Shown here: in pieces, positions 38,928 to 47,671 of the stretch
Position numbering within the stretch: position 1 is the first letter of the stretch
How the letters are laid out: every line of letters starts with the position of its first letter
Origin: Paracoccaceae bacterium
GTDB taxonomy: Bacteria > Pseudomonadota > Alphaproteobacteria > Rhodobacterales > Rhodobacteraceae
Assembly: GCA_019090795.1 (NCBI GenBank)
Contig: JAHRVG010000023.1
Coordinates: 16,178 to 80,177 of the forward strand
Length of the DNA: 64,000 bases
Direction: 5' to 3'
The notes under the pieces: model-generated
Told to the model about the DNA's origin: nothing
The model's database searches: none
What the model saw: the letters and a program-made list of their open reading frames with translations, nothing else
Translations under genes and position numbers: made by a program

Positions 38928-40475
38928 ATGGCTGATTTTATAGGAACAAACGACGACGATGGCTTGGTTGGAAGTCTGTTTTCAGACACCATTAGGGGTG
39001 CTCTGGGCGATGATCTGTTGGTTGGGCTGAACGGGGATGACCTGCTGGAGGGCGGCGGTGGCAGAGATGTGCTGGTCGGGGGCATTGGTGATGATCTGAT
39101 GTTTGGCGGCGAGGGTAACGACAAGATTGTTATGACTGCGGGCGATGACAAGGCTTTTGGCGGCAAAGGCCATGACCAGTATTTCGCCAACGGCTTTGCC
39201 GGCGACTGGTCGCTGATTACCGATACCGGCGGTATTGATACGCTGAATTTCGCCGGCGGTATTACCGGCGCTTTCATGGATCTGACGCCGGGGGCGGTTT
39301 CGACCGTGGATGACCGGTCTGTGGAAATCTCGGGTTTGGGTGATACCGAGCGCCCGCTGGAACTGGTGTTGTTGCAAGACCGTTCCGGTTCTTTCGGCGA
39401 TGACCTGTCAACGATTGAGGGCTTGTTACCGGATTTGATCACCTCTGTTACCGGGCTGGCCGATGATGTCAGCCTTGGTTTGGCCTCTTTTATTGACAAG
39501 CCGATGTCGCCTTTTGGCAGTACAGGAGACCACGAGTATAAAACCGAGCTGGGACTGACAGGGGATACGACCGCTTGGTCGGATGCGGTGAAAGCCCTGA
39601 CAGCCTTTGGCGGCAACGACACACCTGAATCCCAGATGACTGGCCTGTTACAGGTGGCGTTGCGGACCTCCGAAGTGGGCTGGAGCTCGGATTCTCTGAA
39701 AGTAGTGGTCCTGACCACCGATGCGCGGCCCCACTTTGCCGGTGATAACCCGGTCGCCCCCAATGACGGGGATAATGTGACGGATGGCCCGGATGATAAT
39801 GGCACAGGCGAAGATTATCCGACCATTGAACAGGTCAAGTCCGCGTTGCTGGCTGCCGGGATCATTCCGGTATTTGCGGTGACATCGGGCGTGACTTCCG
39901 ATTATCAGGCATTGGTCGATGAGTTCGGTTTTGGCACAGTTGTGCCCCTGAGTTCCGACAGCTCGGACATCATCGCAGCCTTTGAGGATGGCATCAGCAA
40001 CGCAGCTGATTCAGTGATCGAAAACGCGGTTGGTACTGATTTTAATGACACTATTCTGGGCAACAGTGCCAGAAACGAGCTGAAAGGCCGTGCTGGTAAT
40101 GACGTGTTGCGCGGAGAGAAAGACAATGACGATCTTTATGGCAACAGAGGCAACGACAAATTGTTTGGCGGTAACGGCAAGGATGATCTGATGGGCGGCG
40201 GCGGTCGAGACAGATTGGCGGGCGGCAATGGCGCGGATAGTTTTGTCTTTAATGTGGCTGCTTCTGCTCAGGGCAGGGATCTGGTGCTGGATTTTGAGAA
40301 TGACGTTGATACGATCACGGTTCTGAACAGCAGTTTGCTGACATTCTCCGATATTACCGCGACCCAGGTGGGCGCTGATACGGTTCTCAGTGAAGGCGGT
40401 TCTGAGTTTGCTGTCCTCATTGGAATTGATGTTGCCGATGTCGATGCAACCGACTTTGTGTTTGATATCGCCTAG
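38928..40475 (+). CDS. RTX protein with integrin beta I-like vWA domain
   Basis: RTX repeats at both ends; 39354-39990 encodes PLELVLLQDRSGSFGDD, FIDKP, NDTPE, GW, TTDARPHFAGD, PNDG, DYPT, IIPVFAVT, LSSDSS. GGAGG RBS before ATG 38928. Confidence 0.85.
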   Translation: MADFIGTNDDDGLVGSLFSDTIRGALGDDLLVGLNGDDLLEGGGGRDVLVGGIGDDLMFGGEGNDKIVMTAGDDKAFGGKGHDQYFANGFAGDWSLITDTGGIDTLNFAGGITGAFMDLTPGAVSTVDDRSVEISGLGDTERPLELVLLQDRSGSFGDDLSTIEGLLPDLITSVTGLADDVSLGLASFIDKPMSPFGSTGDHEYKTELGLTGDTTAWSDAVKALTAFGGNDTPESQMTGLLQVALRTSEVGWSSDSLKVVVLTTDARPHFAGDNPVAPNDGDNVTDGPDDNGTGEDYPTIEQVKSALLAAGIIPVFAVTSGVTSDYQALVDEFGFGTVVPLSSDSSDIIAAFEDGISNAADSVIENAVGTDFNDTILGNSARNELKGRAGNDVLRGEKDNDDLYGNRGNDKLFGGNGKDDLMGGGGRDRLAGGNGADSFVFNVAASAQGRDLVLDFENDVDTITVLNSSLLTFSDITATQVGADTVLSEGGSEFAVLIGIDVADVDATDFVFDIA

Positions 40476-40549
40476 AACACTTTGCGTTCGGCTGGAAATC
40501 CGAGCCGAATGAACGCGACGTATTCAAGACGGAATATCTTTTGAAAATC

Positions 40550-40584
40550 ACTCCCGCGCCAATAGGTGCGGGAGTTTCCTTTTG
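40550..40584. terminator. Bidirectional Rho-independent terminator
   Basis: ACTCCCGCGCC-AATA-GGTGCGGGAGT followed by TTCCTTTT, between convergent genes. Confidence 0.7.
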
Positions 40585-40597
40585 GGGGGCGTAATAG

Positions 40598-41764
40598 TCA
40601 GTCCATTTTGAAAATGTCACGGGTGAACACTTTGTCAGCCACATCTGACAGGGCCTCATCTACCCGGTTAGACAGAATAACATCCGATGTTGCCTTGAAG
40701 GCATCGAAATCTCGGTAATTTTTGGAGTGGTAGAATTCAGCATCCTCCAGCGCCGGTTCATAGACGATCACCTCGATCCCTCTGGCCTTGATCCGCTTCA
40801 TCACGCCCTGGATTGAGCTGTCGCGGAAATTATCCGAGCCGGTTTTCATCGTCAGACGGTAAATCCCAACGCAGGTCGGATTTTGCGCGATGATGTGATC
40901 GGCAATGAAATCCTTGCGGGTCTGGTTGGCCTCGACAATGGCGCGGATCAGGTTTTGCGGCACGCTGTCATAGTTTTTCAACAGTTGTTTGGTGTCTTTG
41001 GGCAGGCAATAGCCACCATAGCCAAAAGACGGATTATTGTAATGATCACCGATACGCGGATCAAGGCTGACGCCTTCGATCACTTGGCGTGACGAAATGT
41101 CATTGGCCAGCGCATAGCTGTCCAGCTCGTTGAAAAAAGCCACCCGCATTGCAAGGTAGGTATTGGCAAACAGCTTGATCGCCTCTGCTTCGGTAGAGCC
41201 GGTCAGCAGAACCGGTGGGGTATCATCAAGCGCGCCCTCGACCAGCAGATCAGCAAACTGTTGCCCCCGAGCGCTCTTGGCCCCCACGATAATACGCGAG
41301 GGGTGCAGATTGTCATAAAGTGCCCGCCCTTCGCGCAGGAATTCAGGCGAGAAGAACAGGGTGTCTTTGCCGTGTTCCGCCTGCAAGGAAGCGGAGTAGC
41401 CTACGGGAATGGTCGATTTGATCACAATGGTGGCATCGGGGGCCTGCACGCGGGCGTTGGCAATCACGTCCTCAACCGAAGAGGTGTCAAAAGAATTGGT
41501 TTCTGGGTCATAGCTGGTGGGGGTGGCAACAATGATGAAATCTGCACCTTCAAAGGCGGTTTTGACATCGGTTGTCGCGCTCAGGTCCAGATCATGGTTG
41601 GCGAGGTAATCCTCGATCTCCGGATCCGCGATGGGGGAAATCCGGGCATTAACCTGCGCGACCCGGTCAGGGGAAATATCCAGGGCAACAACGGTGTTAT
41701 TTTGTGCCAGAAGAATAGCATTCGACAGCCCAACATAGCCGATACCGGCAATAGCGATTTTCAT
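40598..41764 (-). CDS. ugd: UDP-glucose 6-dehydrogenase
   Basis: [63 protein letters not shown]. Confidence 0.97.
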   Translation of the reverse strand: MKIAIAGIGYVGLSNAILLAQNNTVVALDISPDRVAQVNARISPIADPEIEDYLANHDLDLSATTDVKTAFEGADFIIVATPTSYDPETNSFDTSSVEDVIANARVQAPDATIVIKSTIPVGYSASLQAEHGKDTLFFSPEFLREGRALYDNLHPSRIIVGAKSARGQQFADLLVEGALDDTPPVLLTGSTEAEAIKLFANTYLAMRVAFFNELDSYALANDISSRQVIEGVSLDPRIGDHYNNPSFGYGGYCLPKDTKQLLKNYDSVPQNLIRAIVEANQTRKDFIADHIIAQNPTCVGIYRLTMKTGSDNFRDSSIQGVMKRIKARGIEVIVYEPALEDAEFYHSKNYRDFDAFKATSDVILSNRVDEALSDVADKVFTRDIFKMD

Positions 41765-41869
41765 TTGGAAGTGTCCAGTTAAGAATTGAAATGATAGGCG
41801 CTGTTTTACACAGTCTCGTAAAAAAGGCTACTGAAAGTGTTTTGGGTTTCAAATCAACCGCGAAGCACT

Positions 41870-44800
41870 TTAACGCCGCTTAATTGTGTAAACAGCACCG
41901 GCATCCATTGCTCCCAGCGGGCTTGTCCCGCCATCCGCCCAGTGGATAACCCCGCCACCAATAGCCTTATGTGCGCCCAGCCCGAAGTGCAGGATTGGGG
42001 CGTCAAACGACATGAAACCACCGCCCAGTTGCAACTCACGACTGGCGGTTTTGCCATCGCCATAGGTTATTTCGACTGTGGTTCCGATGCTGTGGAAATT
42101 GCCATGCTGGTCGGCAAATTCAAAGCCGATGGCGTTGTCCTTTTGCGTGTTGTTGCGAAATACCGTGATCGGCCCGTTGACCGGATGGGTGACCAGATCA
42201 ATATCGCCATCAAGGTCCATGTCAAAGGCGGTGGCTGCGGCGGTCATCAGGTAATCTTCAAGGCCAAAGGGGCCGGAGGCCTCGGTGAAACGACCATCCC
42301 CCTGATTGTGGAAAAACAGGTTCGAGGGGCTGACCTCGTTTGGCACCCATGTGCCGTTGACGATGTAAACGTCGAGGTACCCGTCATTGTCGAAATCGGC
42401 AATTTTGGTATCCCAGCTCCAGCCCCCAACCTCCAGTCCCTGCGCCTCTGCCACATCCGCGTAAATCGGGCCGTTACCGCGTTCCAGCAACACGTTTGAG
42501 CGTAAAACCTGGGGCAGGGCGATGGCGCGCTCGGTAGCACTGGCGCGGTGGACCGGCCAGAAATGGATCGTGCAATAGGCCTTTGCCAGCGGCTGGCCTT
42601 TGGGGATGAGCTGGCAAATCGTCGGGTCTTTTTGTTGGATTGCCAGATCCTTGACCAGCATCGCCTTACACTCCCCTTGATCGCGCCCGCGCAAGTTCTG
42701 GCATTTACCCGCATAGCTCGGGTCAAAATTATTGCCGGATTTATACCATTGTTTCACCGCCATGTTGCGCAGACAGATCGCCCGATCCGTATCCCGTTTG
42801 ATGCTGTCACAATAGCGCGCCAAGGGCTGCATCTTGAGGGTTTTGGATACTCCTGAAGAGCGTCCGGCAATCTGTGCCAGATAGATTTCGGGCATGCCGT
42901 CATTGTGCAGATCAGCAGTTTTGATCGCCATGGTGGTGGTGGTGGTTTGCGGAATGATCCCGTCCTGATAGGTGATCTGGCTAAACTCGCCTGTCCCGTC
43001 ACCAAAGTAATAGGCATCGGGCACCTCGAAGTCATTACCCACCAGCAAATCGCTGTGGCCATCCCGGTTAATGTCGGAAAACAGGATCGACAGGGTTTCG
43101 CCGGGCTGGGCTGGCAGGTCGGTGTATTCACTGCCATCCATCACCCCGTTCTGGTTAAACAGAATACGATTGCGCGATTCTTCGCCCGGAATGCGGCGGT
43201 ACCAGCCAGCGGCCCAATTCCCCAAAGCCACGTCAAGATCGCCATCCTGATCCGGATCACCAAAACTCAGCCCAATGCTTAGCACTGCGTTTTTGCGATT
43301 GGCGATGGGGGTTAGTCTGGCAATATCAAAGCGTCCCTGATCGTTGGGCAACAGGAAATTACCCGCGCGATAGGTGGTGATGAACAGATCGAGCCAGCCG
43401 TCATTGTCCATATCCACCAGTACCGCGCTAAACACCGGCATATCCGCCAGCGGGCCAAGGGCAAGCGGAATGGGGCTGAACTGCCCTGCGCCGGTATTCT
43501 CATAGATGTACATCCCTACGCGGGTCGAGGCGATTATCAGGTCAATATCTCCGTCGCGATCAAAATCCCCCGACGATAAACCGCGTCCCTCCCAGAAAGG
43601 CGGCCACATGTCCTGAAAGGAAAACTCGATCGGCTTGTCGATGCCGATCTCCCAGCCCTCCAAACGGGTGAAAGGCTTGTTTGCGGCAGGCGAGCGGGGC
43701 TGAAACGGGCGGGCAGTGATTTCGATGGCGGGGGTATCCGCCGCATGGGCCATTGCGATCAGGCTAAACGGTTGTGCCTGCCCCAGCAGCAATTTCAACG
43801 CGCGATCGCTCTGCCACTGGTGATAGCTTTGCGCACCCCCCCCCGCAATCACCCCAAGAATAACAACCACAAGGCTGAGCAGAACCGCCGCACGCATGGA
43901 TATGGCGCGGGCCACAATGAAAAACGAATAGACACTGAAGATCCCCAGTGTAAACACCAGCGCCATGACAAATCCGGGGGCAAGGCCACTGCTGAGCAGC
44001 GCCCCCGCCATCACCACGTCAAAGGCAATCGGCACCGGTAAGAAGGTGCCGACAAGGGCCACCAGCAACACCGTGAACAGGCCGAAACCTACGTCTTGCA
44101 ATACTTCGGGCGGGATCAGCGTTGCCACAGCTGCACCCAGAAACCCCGCCAGCAACATTAGCGGCACAGTTGTTTTCACGATGAACCACAGGTTTTTGGC
44201 ATAAGCCACCAGCACGCCAACCAGCGCTGCCAAAACTGGCTCCGCTGGTGGTTCGCCGCCCGTCAGATCCCAGCCCTCCGGCTCAATCACCGGGGTTATC
44301 TGCAACTGTTCACGCGGCAAAAACCGGCAGATCACCGGCACGGCAATCAGGATCACTGCAAGGCTCAGCACCAACTTGGCCAGCACCATATAAAACGGCA
44401 ACAGACTGAACAACATGGTCAGCACCACGATATTGAGCGTCGGCGAGGCAATCATCGCCGACAGGGTGGTTTCCGCGCGCATCCCCGCCGAATACAGCCC
44501 CTTGGCAATGGGCGCTGCGCAATTCACGCAAACCCCAAGCGGCGCGCCAATGAACATACCCAGCACCGAGTTCACAAACCCGCCGCGAAAACTGCGTTGC
44601 TGGAGATAACCAAAGAAGGTCAGGAAAGCCGCCCCCAGCATGAGGCCAAAACTCATGCCCTTTTTGTTGGTGTCAATCCAGTTGATGGTGGAATAGGCAA
44701 TCCGCTGCACCAGCGGCATATCAGGGCTGACCGGCAGCACGGCTTCGAAACTGATCGGATCCTCAAGCTGGATCGCACCTGACATCAGCATCTTGTCATC

Positions 44801-44908
44801 CAGTGCGGGATAGCGTGACTGGGTCCAGAACAGGGCCGCAAGGAGCAGGATCAGCAGAAGCGCAAAACCGGCACGTTTTTTGTAAGGCTTGGCAATAAGA
44901 CCGTGCAT
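41870..44908 (-). CDS. Fusion of DUF318/ArsP-like permease with FG-GAP (CRTAC1-like) propeller and ASPIC/UnbV domain
   Basis: Hydrophobic N-terminal 360 aa with PLGVCVNCAAP; then DFDRDGDIDL, DMDNDGWLDL, DPDQDGDLDV, DINRDGHSDL, DLHNDGMPEI, DFDNDGYLDV, DMDLDGDIDL; C-terminal GGGFMSFDAPILHFGLG. Confidence 0.85.
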   Translation of the reverse strand: MHGLIAKPYKKRAGFALLLILLLAALFWTQSRYPALDDKMLMSGAIQLEDPISFEAVLPVSPDMPLVQRIAYSTINWIDTNKKGMSFGLMLGAAFLTFFGYLQQRSFRGGFVNSVLGMFIGAPLGVCVNCAAPIAKGLYSAGMRAETTLSAMIASPTLNIVVLTMLFSLLPFYMVLAKLVLSLAVILIAVPVICRFLPREQLQITPVIEPEGWDLTGGEPPAEPVLAALVGVLVAYAKNLWFIVKTTVPLMLLAGFLGAAVATLIPPEVLQDVGFGLFTVLLVALVGTFLPVPIAFDVVMAGALLSSGLAPGFVMALVFTLGIFSVYSFFIVARAISMRAAVLLSLVVVILGVIAGGGAQSYHQWQSDRALKLLLGQAQPFSLIAMAHAADTPAIEITARPFQPRSPAANKPFTRLEGWEIGIDKPIEFSFQDMWPPFWEGRGLSSGDFDRDGDIDLIIASTRVGMYIYENTGAGQFSPIPLALGPLADMPVFSAVLVDMDNDGWLDLFITTYRAGNFLLPNDQGRFDIARLTPIANRKNAVLSIGLSFGDPDQDGDLDVALGNWAAGWYRRIPGEESRNRILFNQNGVMDGSEYTDLPAQPGETLSILFSDINRDGHSDLLVGNDFEVPDAYYFGDGTGEFSQITYQDGIIPQTTTTTMAIKTADLHNDGMPEIYLAQIAGRSSGVSKTLKMQPLARYCDSIKRDTDRAICLRNMAVKQWYKSGNNFDPSYAGKCQNLRGRDQGECKAMLVKDLAIQQKDPTICQLIPKGQPLAKAYCTIHFWPVHRASATERAIALPQVLRSNVLLERGNGPIYADVAEAQGLEVGGWSWDTKIADFDNDGYLDVYIVNGTWVPNEVSPSNLFFHNQGDGRFTEASGPFGLEDYLMTAAATAFDMDLDGDIDLVTHPVNGPITVFRNNTQKDNAIGFEFADQHGNFHSIGTTVEITYGDGKTASRELQLGGGFMSFDAPILHFGLGAHKAIGGGVIHWADGGTSPLGAMDAGAVYTIKRR

Positions 44909-44970
44909 TTGAATAGCTCACGCAAGAGATATAGGAATATGGCGCAGTTTACACGACTCCGGTTTCTTCT

Positions 44971-45951
44971 CTAGAGGGATTCTTGGTGTAGTGATCCATC
45001 AAGGGCTTTTGCTGCAATCTGGTGCCACCAGTAATCAATACCAAGACGCTCAAGAGTCTTCTTGCGGTTTGCATTCAGTTCTTGGTGTAAGCTAGGGTCG
45101 TTGAACCACTGGTCGAGCTTTGCTTTTGTAATGTGCTGGCTCTGCCAGTCAGGGATTAAGGCAACAGGTAACTGGCGATAAGCTGCCTGGAGGGGGGTGG
45201 CCCGAATTATAGGAACGGCTCCGTATAAGATGGTTTGCCATGCTTTCGGGGACGGATCAATTCCGCCACCTTCGACGCAGAGCACGAAAGCGTGCTGCTG
45301 GACAAGATCCAGAAAGGTATCTTCACTGACCTCCTCATCTAAAACCGTGCACCATTGCTTCCATTCTGTCCGGGCAAGCCTGCTGACCTCCCGACGTATG
45401 TCCCACTGCGGCCCCGGCCGTGCGCGGTGGGCACATAGTATTCGCGGTTGCCGGTCTCGCAAGGGACGAATTTCGGGAACAGCCAGTTCCTGCACGTAAT
45501 TGTTGGTAAAGACCATGCCTAAAGGCAGGGGGGACATTCTGGGATGGGAGTTGTCATCCAGATTTTCCGCAAACCAATGCAGCAGCAAAGGATGACCAAG
45601 TAAATATTCGATCAGGCTCCGTTCCTGAGCATTAAAGGGCCGCCAGCGTTGATCAATCTGGTGGGGAACGGTTACATCTTCAGAGCCGCTGACCAGAACA
45701 AACGGAGCTGAAAGCCCGGGAATGATCTGCTCGACAAAGTAGCGGATCGCGGTGAATGGTTCTCGCAAAGACAGAAAGATATGCTGTGGCTGGGTCGTTG
45801 AAACATTCTGGTGTAGCATTGTCTTTGGTTGATGCCAGTCCGTTAAGACGACCCAGTCACATCGTGCAGCTATGCCAGAAACCTGATAAGCAGAGGCCCC
45901 ATGGTTTTTAGGAAAAAGCCGGGTTGAAAGGCTTTTGATTGTGTCTTCCAT
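44971..45951 (-). CDS. Exostosin (GT47)-like putative glycosyltransferase
   Basis: HAFVLCVEGGGIDPSPKAWQTILYGAVPII...LPVALIPDW resembles the exostosin C-terminal signature. Confidence 0.55.
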   Translation of the reverse strand: MEDTIKSLSTRLFPKNHGASAYQVSGIAARCDWVVLTDWHQPKTMLHQNVSTTQPQHIFLSLREPFTAIRYFVEQIIPGLSAPFVLVSGSEDVTVPHQIDQRWRPFNAQERSLIEYLLGHPLLLHWFAENLDDNSHPRMSPLPLGMVFTNNYVQELAVPEIRPLRDRQPRILCAHRARPGPQWDIRREVSRLARTEWKQWCTVLDEEVSEDTFLDLVQQHAFVLCVEGGGIDPSPKAWQTILYGAVPIIRATPLQAAYRQLPVALIPDWQSQHITKAKLDQWFNDPSLHQELNANRKKTLERLGIDYWWHQIAAKALDGSLHQESL

Positions 45952-45992
45952 TCGGGCAATCCTGTTGTGGCCAAGCCTGATAGTTATGTCTT

Positions 45993-46040
45993 GGCGCGTC
46001 TCGGCTTGTTGCTGAATTTAATAAGACAAGATACGCTCTG
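45993..46040 (-). repeat. Intergenic element copy A (inverted relative to copy B)
   Basis: 46023-46039 AAGACAAGATACGCTCT is the exact reverse complement of 48865-48881; shared second arm AGCCGAGA. Confidence 0.75.
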
Positions 46041-46068
46041 GGGGAGATGATATAACAGCAATAAAAGG

Positions 46069-46908
46069 ATGAAAATGACTAGATATCTTCGATATGCCCG
46101 TACCAGTCATGGAGCACTTGCCAAAAATGAGCAGCACGGTTTCGCGGCACGCTATGCGCTAAGTCATTTTCGCTCAAATACGGTTTATTCATTCATCCCC
46201 AAAAACGGTTGTACGACGATGCGTTATTCCTTTGGCATTGCAAATGGGTGTATTCAGGACAGCGCGGATTTCGAGTGGGTTCACGAAAATAACCGCACCT
46301 TCTCGGCATCTCTGCGGGAACTGGCCTGCGCAAATTATACCTTCGTGATTTTACGCTGCCCCTATACTCGACTTGTCAGCGCCTTTACCGACAAAATCAT
46401 CCATATTGATGACAAACCCAAGAATGGACATCTCTTTAACTTTCGCAAAGCCTCGGGATATTCAGCCGAGGATGTTAATGATTTGTCCTTCCGCCTGTTT
46501 TGTGAAGCTTTGGCTAAACCGGCAGTTCTGCGGGCGGATGTCCATTGGCGACCGCAAGTGGATTATCTTGTTTACGAAGAATATGATTCCTACTTCCGCC
46601 TCGAACAATTTCCCGAGGCTGTCCATGAAATCGAGCGGAATACAGGCATTCTGATCCAGGATGCGCGCCAACTCTCGCGCCATGGAACGGATCAGTTGAC
46701 CCTGGTTTCCGACAGATGCTATGCGGACACGCCGCTTCGGGATCTTATCAAGATGAAAACGGCGGGTTGTATGCCTGCCCATGATGCATTCTATGACCCG
46801 GACCTGAGGCATCTGGTTGAGGATGTATTCAAAATGGATTTCGCATTTCTTGAAACAAAATTCCCGACACCAAAGACGGTCCTTTCGTCAGGGACCGTCC
46901 GTGGGTAG
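46069..46908 (+). CDS. Sulfotransferase family 2 (carbohydrate sulfotransferase-like)
   Basis: 5'-PSB YSFIPKNGCTTMR, 3'-PB FVILRCPYTRLVSAFTDK, DVHWRPQ. Confidence 0.85.
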   Translation: MKMTRYLRYARTSHGALAKNEQHGFAARYALSHFRSNTVYSFIPKNGCTTMRYSFGIANGCIQDSADFEWVHENNRTFSASLRELACANYTFVILRCPYTRLVSAFTDKIIHIDDKPKNGHLFNFRKASGYSAEDVNDLSFRLFCEALAKPAVLRADVHWRPQVDYLVYEEYDSYFRLEQFPEAVHEIERNTGILIQDARQLSRHGTDQLTLVSDRCYADTPLRDLIKMKTAGCMPAHDAFYDPDLRHLVEDVFKMDFAFLETKFPTPKTVLSSGTVRG

Positions 46909-47635
46909 TCCGAGGACAATTTACCTCCATATTGGAAAGCACAAGACCGGCTCCAGTTCGATCCAGAAATTTCTAAAGCAAGCCCAATGCCATTTGGGTG
47001 AGAAGGGGTATAAAGTCATTTCCGATCTCGAAGTTTTCCCCGGGGCTGGGCTGGGCGAAACTTCCAGATTCAACTGTTTTCATATAGCACATGTGTTGCT
47101 ACGGTCGGGTTTGCGAACCCCCGCACGCCTGCGTGGGCGGGTTCCGGTTTTACCAGATTCTGCGAAAGTCGCACGACAAGTGAATGCTTTTCTGGATGCA
47201 CAGATTGAGTCTCGGGCGATTTTGTCAGCAGAAGCGCTAAGCTTCTTGCGTTCCCCCGAGGAACAGGAACTTTACCGGATTATGTTCAAGGGATTTCAAA
47301 TTGTACCGGTTGGGTTTTTCAGGCAACCAGCGGACTGGCTACGCAGTTGGTATGCACAGATTGAAAAGATGGGATTGGAGTATCATCCCGACGCGGCTTC
47401 TAGGCAGGGTATTTTTGATTTTAGCGCAACATCCTGGCTTGTGCAGGATGAGGATATCCGGGCATTTTTTGGCACTGATGGCATCTATGGCAGCTATGAG
47501 AAGGCCATTGCGACATATGGGTCGGTATTGCCAGCGTTTCTGGAGGCGCTGGAACTTGATCCTGATGCGGCCTTTGAAATGGAGCGTATATGGGAAAACC
47601 CGACCACTGGAAGCGGGCCGACAGTGAAGCGGTAA
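46901..47635 (+). CDS. Sulfotransferase-fold (P-loop-like) protein
   Basis: YLHIGKHKTGSSSIQ, ILSAEAL, FFRQPADWLRSWY; start set at GTG 46901, overlapping the upstream stop. Confidence 0.65.
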   Translation: MGSPRTIYLHIGKHKTGSSSIQKFLKQAQCHLGEKGYKVISDLEVFPGAGLGETSRFNCFHIAHVLLRSGLRTPARLRGRVPVLPDSAKVARQVNAFLDAQIESRAILSAEALSFLRSPEEQELYRIMFKGFQIVPVGFFRQPADWLRSWYAQIEKMGLEYHPDAASRQGIFDFSATSWLVQDEDIRAFFGTDGIYGSYEKAIATYGSVLPAFLEALELDPDAAFEMERIWENPTTGSGPTVKR

Positions 47636-47671
47636 CCATGGTTACCGCTTCATCAAGTATCTGTGCCGTGT

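Noticed and set aside
41870-41883. TTAA-N6-TTAA considered as a CtrA site
   Set aside because: Spacer is 6 rather than 7 nt and it overlaps a stop codon.
46875-46899. GACGGTCC..GGACCGTC hairpin before the GTG of the 46901 gene
   Set aside because: It lies within coding sequence, has no U-tract, and an 8-bp stem is unremarkable by chance.
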